Positions 1-8,231 of a DNA stretch of 32,000 nucleotides are shown piece after piece. The stretch spans positions 365,448-397,447 of the forward strand of contig NZ_MKIE01000001.1 in NCBI RefSeq assembly GCF_001855385.1, given 5' to 3'. Made by a program: the position numbers and the translations under genes. Source of the stretch: Andreesenia angusta. Its GTDB lineage: Bacteria > Bacillota > Clostridia > Tissierellales > Gottschalkiaceae. Numbering within the stretch: the first letter of the stretch is position 1; each line of letters begins with the position of its first letter. The notes below the pieces were generated by a model, which was not told where the DNA came from, searched no databases, and worked only from the letters and a program-made list of their open reading frames with translations.

Positions 1-921
1 GCTGATATAGACTTTGGAAAGATAAAGCTGTTTGTAGGAAACTACGACTTCTGGTACGAGTCGAGCCAGCTGGCGCTTCAGATGATGAAAGACCAAAATA
101 AGAAAAAGGAAGAAAAGGTAAAGCAACTTCAGGAGTTCATAGCTAGATTCAGCGCCAATGCCTCTAAGTCCAAGCAGGCCACTTCGCGTAAGAAACTGCT
201 AGACAAGATAACGCTAGACGACCTACAGCCTTCAACTAGAAGATATCCTTTCGTGGGCTTCAATATCGAAAGAGAAGTCGGAAAAGAGATACTGAGCGTA
301 GAGAAGCTCTGCAAGACTATAGACGGGGTCAAAGTGCTTGACGACCTTAGCTTCACAGTGAACAAAGACGACAAGATAGCGCTTGTCTCGGAAAACGAGC
401 TTGCCAACACTACTCTTTTAAAGATACTTTCCGGGGAGCTTGAGCCTGACAGCGGATCTTTCAAATGGGGTGTGACTATAACTACTTCTTACTTCCCTAA
501 AGACAACTCAGCTTTCTTTGAAGGAAGCAAGCTCAACCTCATAGACTGGCTAAGACAGTACTCTGAAGAGAAGTCTGAAAGCTACCTAAGAGGATTTTTG
601 GGAAGAATGCTCTTCTCGGGTGAAGAGGCACTTAAAAACGTAAGCGTGCTGTCTGGAGGAGAGAAAGTGAGATGTATGCTGTCTAAGATGATGCTTTCCA
701 ACTCCAATGTGCTTATGCTGGACCAGCCTACAAACCACTTGGACCTTGAGTCTATAACTGCTGTAAACAACGGGCTTAGAGACTACAAGAGCGTGCTGCT
801 ATTTACATCTCATGACCACCAGTTTATACAGACTATAGCTAATAGGATAATCGACATACGCCCTGACTCTGTGCTTGACAAGATGATGGAGTACGATGAG
901 TTTATAGAGAAATATAAATAG
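1..921 (+). CDS. ABC-F family ATPase (YbiT-like), C-terminal part; the 5' end lies outside the window
   Basis: Frame 1 is open from nt 1 (ADIDFGKIKLFVGNYDFWYESSQ). It has the ABC-F linker motif FIARFSANASKSKQATSRKK, then a second NBD with the LSGGEK signature and SHD H-loop. Stop TAG at 919-921. Confidence 0.85.
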   Translation, partial: ADIDFGKIKLFVGNYDFWYESSQLALQMMKDQNKKKEEKVKQLQEFIARFSANASKSKQATSRKKLLDKITLDDLQPSTRRYPFVGFNIEREVGKEILSVEKLCKTIDGVKVLDDLSFTVNKDDKIALVSENELANTTLLKILSGELEPDSGSFKWGVTITTSYFPKDNSAFFEGSKLNLIDWLRQYSEEKSESYLRGFLGRMLFSGEEALKNVSVLSGGEKVRCMLSKMMLSNSNVLMLDQPTNHLDLESITAVNNGLRDYKSVLLFTSHDHQFIQTIANRIIDIRPDSVLDKMMEYDEFIEKYK

Positions 922-933
922 AAAAATTTAATT

Positions 934-978
934 AAATCGCCTCCGCAAGTGGTATAAAGACTACAGGAGGCGATTTTT
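934..978 (+). terminator. Rho-independent terminator-like hairpin after the ABC-F gene; its 3' arm carries the SD of the next gene
   Basis: AAATCGCCTCC (934-944) pairs with GGAGGCGATTT (966-976) across a 21-nt loop, followed by a T-run. The next ATG is at 979. Confidence 0.5.
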
Positions 979-1896
979 ATGTTTATCAAGAGATTTAACT
1001 ATCAGCCTGGATGTGAGTGTTCTAATTTTGAGAATTCTGTATTCTACGAAGATTCTTTCAAAGGACTCGAAAAATACAAAGTGAATATACTGTACTACAC
1101 CGATCCAATGTGCTGCGCCTGCTGGGCCATGGAACCGGTGCTCAGAAAATTAACAGAGGAGTACGGGAATCATTTCAACCTCGTGCTCAAGATGGGCGGG
1201 CTCTTAGAGGACTGGAACTGTGTTTCGGATTCAGATTTTTCAAAGCCTGAAGATCTGGAATCCCATTGGAAAGAGGTGGGGGATATGTACGGGATGCCTA
1301 TAAGCGGTGCTGTATGGAGAAACGATCCACTTCACTCCTCTTACCCGCCGTCTCTGGCCTATATAGCCGCAAAAAAGCAAGGCGAAACACTGGCTCGCGT
1401 CTTCTTTAGGAAGTTGAGAGAATCTCTCTTCATATACGACGTAAACATATCCCTAGAGGAGAATTTGCTGGAAATAGCTTCGCTCTCGGGACTGGACGAA
1501 TCCAGGTTTCTTTCAGATTTCAGAAACCCCAGGACGAAAGAGTCTCTGCACTCAGAGATCGCCGAGTCAAGGGCCTTGGGAATAAATACCTTCCCCACGC
1601 TTGTATTCATAGGTGACGATGACCGGAGCCACTCTATAAGTGGAGTGCGCCCCTATGAAACATATGTATTCCTGCTCAAGGAGATTATGGGATATCTGCC
1701 TGAAAAGAGGCGGCTCAACTACTCTCTCTCTGAGCTGTTTGAAAAGTACGACCTTCTCTCTCTCAGGGAGATCTCGTGTCTTACAGATCTGCCTATGCAG
1801 AGCGTGACTTCTGAGCTGGGCGACCTAGTCGTCAGGAAGGCTATAGAGCCTGTAAAGGTCCACTCTTCTTTTTACTGGAAAAAAGCCTCCTCTTAA
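979..1896 (+). CDS. DsbA-family thioredoxin-fold protein (SpxH/YjbH-like architecture)
   Basis: 305-aa ORF. N-terminal DPMCCACWAMEP is a CxxC motif in DsbA-like context, and the C-terminal ~70 aa is helical. SD GGAGG lies 8 nt upstream. Confidence 0.65.
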   Translation: MFIKRFNYQPGCECSNFENSVFYEDSFKGLEKYKVNILYYTDPMCCACWAMEPVLRKLTEEYGNHFNLVLKMGGLLEDWNCVSDSDFSKPEDLESHWKEVGDMYGMPISGAVWRNDPLHSSYPPSLAYIAAKKQGETLARVFFRKLRESLFIYDVNISLEENLLEIASLSGLDESRFLSDFRNPRTKESLHSEIAESRALGINTFPTLVFIGDDDRSHSISGVRPYETYVFLLKEIMGYLPEKRRLNYSLSELFEKYDLLSLREISCLTDLPMQSVTSELGDLVVRKAIEPVKVHSSFYWKKASS

Positions 1897-1909
1897 AGAG
1901 GAGGTTTTT
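1880..1909. terminator. Bidirectional terminator between convergent genes
   Basis: CCTCCTCT (1886-1893) pairs with AGAGGAGG (1897-1904) across a 3-nt loop. An A-run lies on the left and a T-run on the right. Confidence 0.55.
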
Positions 1910-1911
1910 CT

Positions 1912-2760
1912 CTACCAGTCTTTCAGATCCGCTATCTTCTTCTTGTTTCTGAGCTTCCAAAGTGCCTTGGCCTCTATCTGCCTTATGCGCTCTCTAGTCA
2001 GGCCGTACTTCTGTCCTATCTCCTCAAGCGTCCTTTCATTCCCGTCTTCTATGCCGTATCTGAGTTTAAGTATATCTGCCTCCCTCTCCGACAGAGCCCT
2101 CAGTCCGAGCATTATATTCTCTCTGAGCAGGTTTATGGCTATCTCGTCAAACACTATGTCCTCAGAGTCGTCGCTCGATATTATATCCGAAAGCGATATG
2201 CTGTCCTCTTCCCCGATCTCTATGTCCAGAGAAGTCAGCCTTCCCCCGAATAGTTTCTCGTAGTCCTTTATCTCATTGTACCTGTCTCTGTCTATGTCCA
2301 GCTTCTCTTCTATCAAGTTCGCCTTCTCTTCTTCACCTATGTCCTCGTCAAGATCTTCCTCGAACTTTCTAAGCTTCAGCATCTGTTCCACCATGTATAC
2401 AGGGATTCTTATTGAGTTGTTCTTGTTTGAGATCTCCCTCGTCATGCTCTGTTTTATCCAGTATAGCGCATAGGTAGAAAAGCTGTTGTTCTTAGATATG
2501 TCGAACTTCTCTATAGCCCTCATAAGCCCTATATATCCCATCTGGATCAAGTCGTCCTCGCTAAGGCAAGAGCCCTCTATTACCCTTGCATACTTTCTAG
2601 CCTGCTTTTTTAGCAGACTGTAGTTGACTATTATTATTATCTCCAGTATGTCCTTGTCCCCTGTCCGCTTATACTCTCTGATCAAATCTATATTATCCTT
2701 GAAAGTATAGTTTTCATAGTCTGCCTCTCTCATTCTGTTTATATAAGCATCTGAGCTCAT
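1912..2760 (-). CDS. Sigma-70 family RNA polymerase sigma factor (regions 2, 3 and 4 present, no region 1.1)
   Basis: Region 2 motifs DLIQMGYIGLMRAIEKFD and FSTYALYWIKQ; region 4.2 LTRERIRQIEAKALWKLR. The ORF is open to 2811, but ATG 2760 (MSSDAY) follows the SD AGGTGATAGGA. Confidence 0.8.
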   Translation of the reverse strand: MSSDAYINRMREADYENYTFKDNIDLIREYKRTGDKDILEIIIIVNYSLLKKQARKYARVIEGSCLSEDDLIQMGYIGLMRAIEKFDISKNNSFSTYALYWIKQSMTREISNKNNSIRIPVYMVEQMLKLRKFEEDLDEDIGEEEKANLIEEKLDIDRDRYNEIKDYEKLFGGRLTSLDIEIGEEDSISLSDIISSDDSEDIVFDEIAINLLRENIMLGLRALSEREADILKLRYGIEDGNERTLEEIGQKYGLTRERIRQIEAKALWKLRNKKKIADLKDW

Positions 2761-2807
2761 TCCTATCACCTGCCTTCTAGTATATATACCCTTTATTTTT
2801 ATTTTTC

Positions 2808-2840
2808 CCAAAAAATAAATAAATCGCAGAATATCTGCGA
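2808..2840 (-). terminator. Weak terminator after the membrane-anchored protein gene
   Basis: On the minus strand, TCGCAG-ATATT-CTGCGA forms a 6-bp stem, followed by TTTATTTATTTTTT. Confidence 0.4.
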
Positions 2841-3506
2841 CTATTTATTCATATACACTATTTCTCTGCCGGATATATTGGATTCTATCCAGGACTCCAT
2901 CCTAGAACCCTTCATGATTTTTCCGGAAAGTTCTCTGTCATTGGTGTAGTAGAGCAGCTTGTCTTCGTATATATAGGCAACGTACATATCTCCGGTTTCA
3001 TTTAGCTGCATTATGCCTGCGAGCTTTCCCTTTAAGTTAGATATGTTTCCCTCTATGGAGTGAAGACTGTTGCTGTTGTCTAAATCGACTCTCTTGGCAT
3101 TCGGTATGCTCTTCACAAAATACGAATAACCTTCAGCACCTAAGAGATACCTCATGTTCCTGACTATGTCTCTGTCTCTTAAAATTGTACTGTAAGGATT
3201 TTTCCCTAAATAGCCCTTTAAGTTGGGGTACGCTATGACTTCTTCGGAGTCGGCAGCTTCTGATCCAGTCTGCTCTTTTTCCTCAAGCTTCTCGCTTTCC
3301 CCACTATCTTGATCCTTCGTGCCCTCTGCGTCCTTTTCGGTTGAAATCGCCGCACTTAAACTCTGTCCAGCTTTCTTCAGATCTTCTAGGTACTGCCCGA
3401 AGTCAAAGAAACCTCTAGAGGAAAACCTATAGCTAAACAGAAAAGACCCTACAAACACTACTGCCACCAGAATCGCCAGTGAAATGCCTGCTTTTCTATA
3501 TCTCAT
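2841..3506 (-). CDS. Hypothetical membrane-anchored protein: N-terminal TM helix, acidic linker, globular C-terminal domain
   Basis: ORF 2841-3542. The likely start is MRYRKAGISLAILVAVVFVGSFLF (a single TM). It has an E/D/S-rich linker. I recognise no family motif. Confidence 0.5.
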   Translation of the reverse strand: MRYRKAGISLAILVAVVFVGSFLFSYRFSSRGFFDFGQYLEDLKKAGQSLSAAISTEKDAEGTKDQDSGESEKLEEKEQTGSEAADSEEVIAYPNLKGYLGKNPYSTILRDRDIVRNMRYLLGAEGYSYFVKSIPNAKRVDLDNSNSLHSIEGNISNLKGKLAGIMQLNETGDMYVAYIYEDKLLYYTNDRELSGKIMKGSRMESWIESNISGREIVYMNK

Positions 3507-3542
3507 AATTATCTCTCTTTCTAGATATCTTCTGAATCTCAA

Positions 3543-4142
3543 CTATATCTTGGTCTCGTTGAGCACCTTGCTGAGCATCTCGTTGAGTCTTAGACACATT
3601 ATGTCTTCATATCTGTATATCAGCATCTCGTCTTCATAAGTCTCCACCCTGTGCCTGAATATGTCCAGATTGTTTTCAAGCTTCTCTATCTCTGAATCTA
3701 AAAACTCAGGCGTTATATCTTCTTGTATGTCGTAGAAAGCCACTTTTCCCTCTCTAGAGTCTATGGCACTGACTTTTTCAAACTTGTCTTCTCTGTCGTT
3801 TACCATCAGGTCTATCTTAAAGCTCATCCACTGGTCCCCTGAAGTCACTATAAAGTGTATATAGTCAGCTATGTACAGCCGAATATGGTGTGAGTTAAGC
3901 TCGCAGTAGAAAGTCTCGTTCATCCTGTCGTTGTCGTACGACTGAGCTGGATAGTACTCTTTCTCGTCTAGATACTCCTTTATGACGTCTTTCTTTGTCA
4001 TAAGGAAATCATGCTTTCTGCTTGAAATCTCTTTTAGAAGAGTGTCCCTCTCCTCTAGACCTCTTTTCAGCCTCATAAGCTTCTCTCTTATGTCATCATC
4101 ATAGTCATTTATATATATTGTTGTAAGTTTATTCAAATTCAT
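3543..4142 (-). CDS. Hypothetical protein, 199 aa, predicted cytoplasmic and helix-rich
   Basis: ATG preceded by the strong SD GAGGAGGAG. Its stop abuts the downstream ORF. No motif recognised. Confidence 0.5.
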   Translation of the reverse strand: MNLNKLTTIYINDYDDDIREKLMRLKRGLEERDTLLKEISSRKHDFLMTKKDVIKEYLDEKEYYPAQSYDNDRMNETFYCELNSHHIRLYIADYIHFIVTSGDQWMSFKIDLMVNDREDKFEKVSAIDSREGKVAFYDIQEDITPEFLDSEIEKLENNLDIFRHRVETYEDEMLIYRYEDIMCLRLNEMLSKVLNETKI

Positions 4143-4195
4143 CTCCTCCTCGATATGTTAAATATACCCCAAATACTGCTCTATGAACAGTGAAT

Positions 4196-4540
4196 TTACA
4201 TATTTTCTTTGAGCTCTTTGTCTAGAAAATAGGATATAAAAGTCCTTATTACCACTATGCTTGCAAGCCTTATCATCTCTTCAGACGTAGGGTTCGCTAT
4301 AGTCTCTATTATATCTGCCGCTATCAGAACCTCTAGCCCTAAAAGCAGATGTCCCCCTAGCCTCTGTCTTATATCCCTTCTCTTGGTCTGGGACGCTTCG
4401 CTGTGTAGATCTCGCTTTATCTCGTTTTTTATAAATCCTGTGAGCGCTACTGCCACTCCCCATATTATTATCATGGAAGCTGCCGCCCCTATTATTTCAG
4501 ATATATGAGTCAAAATCTGCCTAGTAACTACCTCTATCAA
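4196..4540 (-). CDS. Small integral membrane protein, DUF1622-like
   Basis: TTG start 7 nt after the SD GGAGGG. Contains hydrophobic segments plus the motif RLGGHLLLGLEVLIAADIIET, which I associate with DUF1622. Confidence 0.55.
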   Translation of the reverse strand: MIEVVTRQILTHISEIIGAAASMIIIWGVAVALTGFIKNEIKRDLHSEASQTKRRDIRQRLGGHLLLGLEVLIAADIIETIANPTSEEMIRLASIVVIRTFISYFLDKELKENM

Positions 4541-4561
4541 GCCCTATCCCTCCATATACGC

Positions 4562-4590
4562 GAAAAAATAAGTGCTTTCGCACTTATTTT
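4562..4590 (-). terminator. Rho-independent terminator after the OsmC-family gene
   Basis: On the minus strand, AAAATAAGTGC-GAAA-GCACTTATTTT is followed by TTTTC. Confidence 0.55.
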
Positions 4591-4983
4591 CTATAGTAGT
4601 TTCATCTCAAAGCTTGGCGGATTGGCCAGATGCTTCTTGACTGTGCAAAGCTCCATAGACTTCTGTATTGCATTTTTATACTTGTCTGGGAATCCCTCTG
4701 GAAGAGTCAGACTAAGTGTCATGCTGCCTATTAGTCCTGTCTCGGAGTCTCTTTCTCCGTCTAGCTCAAGCTTAAGACCTTCGGTACTCAGCTCCTTGCT
4801 TTGACAAAAGCTCACAGCGTATATGCCTGCGCAAGTCGCTATGGAAGCCAGGAAAAGGTCAAACGGCGACGGAGCCGAGTTCTCTCCTCCACCAGCCACA
4901 GGCTGATCTGTATTGATTGTAAACCCCTTAGTATGGGCATCCACTTTCTTCCCTCCAGGGAAGCTAACTTCTACCATTGCCAT
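4591..4983 (-). CDS. OsmC/Ohr family peroxiredoxin-like protein
   Basis: 130 aa. The two family cysteines sit in IATCAGIY and MELCTVKKHL contexts. SD GAGGTGA upstream. Confidence 0.8.
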   Translation of the reverse strand: MAMVEVSFPGGKKVDAHTKGFTINTDQPVAGGGENSAPSPFDLFLASIATCAGIYAVSFCQSKELSTEGLKLELDGERDSETGLIGSMTLSLTLPEGFPDKYKNAIQKSMELCTVKKHLANPPSFEMKLL

Positions 4984-5163
4984 ATAATCACCTCTATTTC
5001 AATTTTATATCTGTATAATACTATACCCATAATCCATGGCTTTTACCCGAATTTAGAATTTAACTTTCTCTTAATATAAACTTAATCTGAATCTGTTATA
5101 TTCTTTTTAACAGACAAGCTAACGACTAAATTTTGAATATATACTCCTAAGAGGGAGAGCCAA

Positions 5164-5877
5164 CTATCCAGCTCTCTCTCCTCCTTTTTTTGAGATGCCT
5201 TCATAAAAAGCCTCTAGGTAGAATTCATCCTCCGTTGTCAATTCAAGCTGGCACTCCGACTTAAGCTCTTCTAGCGAACCGTATTTTTCCGAAGTCTCTC
5301 CAAGCTCTATCATTCTGTAGAGCATGTCTTCCATCTCGGCTCTGCTGTAGGGGTCCTTGTGCGAAGTCACATATAATTCGCAGTCATAGCTCAGGATTCG
5401 ATCTGATATTCTGCGCACGTTCTCAAGCGAATGGTACCTTCTCTCACCCCAGAAACCTCTGTATGTAGCATCCCCAAGAAACATTATCTTTTCATTCTCT
5501 ACATATACAAGCGACGAGTCGTCCGAGTGATCTCCGCCTATATGCTCTACGATGCATTTCACTCCTCCTAGATCCAACTTAAGCTTTTTTTCAAAGCCTA
5601 TATCAAGACCTGCTTGCTCCTGTGTTTTGCAAGATCCTAATGAGATCAAGTTCAAATATGGTATTCCACTTATATGGTCCCAGTGGTGATGCGTTATCGC
5701 CAAATACTTTATATTTTTGACGCCCATAGAATTTGCACATTCCAGAAACTCCTCAGCGTGATCTACAGAGCTGCCTGCATCTACCATAAGACTGCACTTC
5801 TCGCCTACAACAAGTCCAAGAGTTGGTCTAGCGCCGCTGTACTCCATGTAGTGAACTTTTCTGCTGTATGATTTCAT
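5164..5877 (-). CDS. MBL-fold metallo-hydrolase
   Basis: ITHHHWDHISG (HxHxDH zinc motif). The SD AGGGGTGA overlaps the ung stop. Confidence 0.8.
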   Translation of the reverse strand: MKSYSRKVHYMEYSGARPTLGLVVGEKCSLMVDAGSSVDHAEEFLECANSMGVKNIKYLAITHHHWDHISGIPYLNLISLGSCKTQEQAGLDIGFEKKLKLDLGGVKCIVEHIGGDHSDDSSLVYVENEKIMFLGDATYRGFWGERRYHSLENVRRISDRILSYDCELYVTSHKDPYSRAEMEDMLYRMIELGETSEKYGSLEELKSECQLELTTEDEFYLEAFYEGISKKGGERAG

Positions 5878-5887
5878 AACTTCACCC

Positions 5888-6565
5888 CTAAATATTCTCT
5901 ATCTGCCAGTCTATCTCGTCTCTCCCGGCCGATTTCAAGAAGCTGTTCGCCCTTGAAAAAGGCTTCGATCCAAAGAACCCCCTGTGTGCTGAAAGAGGGC
6001 TTGGATGTACCGACTCTATGACTAGATGTCTAGCTGTGTCTATTAGACTCTTCTTGGCCCTGGCGTTGTTGCCCCAGAGTATGAATACCATGGGATCCTC
6101 TCTCTTGCTTAAAAGCTCTATAATCTTGTCTGTGAGTATTTCCCAGCCTTTTCCGCGGTGGGAGTTGGCTTCTCCCGCCCTGACGGTGAGCACGGCGTTT
6201 AGCAGTAACACACCTTGATCTGCCCACTTCTTGAGGTATCCGTTGTTTGGAACGTAACAGCCCAGATCGTCTTCAAGCTCTTTGTATATGTTCTTGAGGG
6301 AAGGGGGAGTTGCAACCCCTTCCTTCACTGAAAAGCTGAGCCCGTGAGCCTGACCTTCCCCGTGGTAAGGGTCCTGTCCAAGTATTAGAACCTTTGTATC
6401 GCTGTAAGAGGTGTAGTCTAGTGCGCTGAATATGTCGTACATGCTTGGATATACAACATGATTTCTGTACTCTGATTTGAGGAACTCCCTCAGCTGGAGA
6501 TAGTAGTCTTTTTCAAACTCCTCTCTCAGCATCTCGTTCCAGTCGTTTTTCAATTTCACTGCCAT
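5888..6565 (-). CDS. ung: Uracil-DNA glycosylase, family 1
   Basis: Catalytic motif [20 protein letters not shown] and C-terminal HPSPLSA. The ORF is open to GTG 6583, but ATG 6565 (MAVKLKNDW) matches the usual N-terminus. Confidence 0.9.
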   Translation of the reverse strand: MAVKLKNDWNEMLREEFEKDYYLQLREFLKSEYRNHVVYPSMYDIFSALDYTSYSDTKVLILGQDPYHGEGQAHGLSFSVKEGVATPPSLKNIYKELEDDLGCYVPNNGYLKKWADQGVLLLNAVLTVRAGEANSHRGKGWEILTDKIIELLSKREDPMVFILWGNNARAKKSLIDTARHLVIESVHPSPLSAHRGFFGSKPFSRANSFLKSAGRDEIDWQIENI

Positions 6566-6593
6566 TTCATCACTCTCTTTCACTATTTCTTCT

Positions 6594-7403
6594 CTAGAAA
6601 GACAGAGACTCTGTAAACACCTTTACAGGGTACCATCTGTAGTGCTTAAAAGTAGTGTAGCCTAGCTTTTTGTAGAGATGCTCTCCTGCTTCTGAAGCCT
6701 GTAGAACTACAGCACTAGCCCCTCTGTCAAATCCTTCGTTTGTGGCTGATTGGACTATGTAGGCTCCAAGTCCCTCTCTTCGCTTCTCTTCGACTACGCC
6801 TACCCAATATATCCCGGCCATGTCTCCTGAGAGCACTGTGAGCGCCGAGGCCACTGGCTTCTCGCCTTCGTATATCAGCTTTGCGCTTACGTCCTGGGAC
6901 TTAAGAGTCTCTATTTTTCCAAACATATGCTCTGCAAGCTCGATGTCTTTTTCAAAAGAACCAGAAACCACCTTCGCAAAGTCCAGCCTGTCTAGATCCG
7001 ACTCCACCGATTTTATGGAATAGCCTGATTTAAGCTCTACACCTTCTATCTTCCTGTCTATGACCATGGCCGCCGAGCCAGGCTCTCTCTTTGGAGCGTA
7101 TCCGCTCTGCTTAAGCAAATTCTCCAGCTTCTTGTTTTCTGATCCACTGACCCAGAACACGTAGTTCCGCTCGAGCGAATTGAAGTAGCTTTCCGCAGCC
7201 CTCATGGTTTCCGCCGCATATGAGTCGTCCAGGCAAATAGCCCCGTTTAAATGACCGTCCTCGCTGTCTTTCCCTATGGTGAATAGTACATATTTTGAAT
7301 TCTCCACCACATCCCCTTCAGGCAGCACCGCGGCCCTAGATTTTATGGCCTGTATCAGGTTTTCATCTGCTTTCTTTGAAACCTTCTCTTTTTCCATTTT
7401 CAA
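6594..7403 (-). CDS. GNAT family N-acetyltransferase
   Basis: C-terminal acetyl-CoA motif [12 protein letters not shown]...[16 protein letters not shown]. The start is either TTG 7403 or ATG 7397. Confidence 0.75.
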   Translation of the reverse strand: MKMEKEKVSKKADENLIQAIKSRAAVLPEGDVVENSKYVLFTIGKDSEDGHLNGAICLDDSYAAETMRAAESYFNSLERNYVFWVSGSENKKLENLLKQSGYAPKREPGSAAMVIDRKIEGVELKSGYSIKSVESDLDRLDFAKVVSGSFEKDIELAEHMFGKIETLKSQDVSAKLIYEGEKPVASALTVLSGDMAGIYWVGVVEEKRREGLGAYIVQSATNEGFDRGASAVVLQASEAGEHLYKKLGYTTFKHYRWYPVKVFTESLSF

Positions 7404-7416
7404 TCCCTACTTCCCC

Positions 7417-8175
7417 CTATTTCATATCCAATTTCAGTGTGACGGGACAGTGGTCGCTTCCCATGACTTCAGAGTCTATTCCCGCACAAGCTATATGCTC
7501 TTTCAGCCTATCTGAAACCAAAAAGTAATCGATTCTCCACCCGGCGTTGTTCTCTCTGGCCTTTCTCATATAAGACCACCAAGTGTATGCTCCTTCTTGC
7601 TCAGGATACAGCTTTCTAAAGCTGTCGGTGAATCCTGACTCTATTAGCTCTGTGAGCTTTCCCCTCTCGTCGTCTGTAAATCCGGCGTTTTTTCTGTTGC
7701 TCTTCGGATTTTTCAGGTCTATCTCGTTGTGGGCTACGTTTAAATCCCCGCAGATCACAACCGGCTTTATCTCGTCATATGATTTCACATGCTTCCTGAA
7801 TATGTCTTCCCATACCATCCTGTAGTCCAGCCTTGCCAGCTCTCGCTGGGAGTTCGGAGTGTATACATTCACAAGGTAGAACGCTTCGAATTCAAGCGTT
7901 ATTATTCTCCCCTCCAGCTCGTTCTCTGTTTCTCCAATTCCGTAGCTTACACTCAAGGGCTCCGCTTTTGTAAATACAGCTGTCCCAGAGTAGCCCTTCT
8001 TCTCTGCATAGTTCCAGTACTGAAAATACCCGTCCAACTCCAGATCTATCTGACCTTCTTGAAGCTTTGTCTCCTGAATACAGAATACGTCTGCATCCGC
8101 AGCTTCAAAGTAGTCCATAAAACCTTTTTTAACGCACGCCCTCAGGCCGTTTACATTCCAAGATACAAATTTCAT
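7417..8175 (-). CDS. xth: Exodeoxyribonuclease III (AP endonuclease)
   Basis: MKFVSWNVNGLRA N-terminus, CIQETK, GDLNVAH and SDHCPV motifs. ATG 8175 follows the SD GGAGGA. Confidence 0.9.
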   Translation of the reverse strand: MKFVSWNVNGLRACVKKGFMDYFEAADADVFCIQETKLQEGQIDLELDGYFQYWNYAEKKGYSGTAVFTKAEPLSVSYGIGETENELEGRIITLEFEAFYLVNVYTPNSQRELARLDYRMVWEDIFRKHVKSYDEIKPVVICGDLNVAHNEIDLKNPKSNRKNAGFTDDERGKLTELIESGFTDSFRKLYPEQEGAYTWWSYMRKARENNAGWRIDYFLVSDRLKEHIACAGIDSEVMGSDHCPVTLKLDMK

Positions 8176-8231
8176 AACATCCTCCATCTTTCGTTCTAGC
8201 TTTGCTTCTCATTCTACCAGATTTTCCAGGA

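Noticed and set aside
5100-5185. A possible terminator overlapping the 3' end of the MBL hydrolase gene (GAGAGAGAGC/GCTCTCCCTC, 9 of 10 pairs).
   Set aside because: The stem includes coding sequence and is not followed by a T-run on the minus strand. That is insufficient to call it, although the operon must end somewhere in the AT-rich 4984-5163 spacer.
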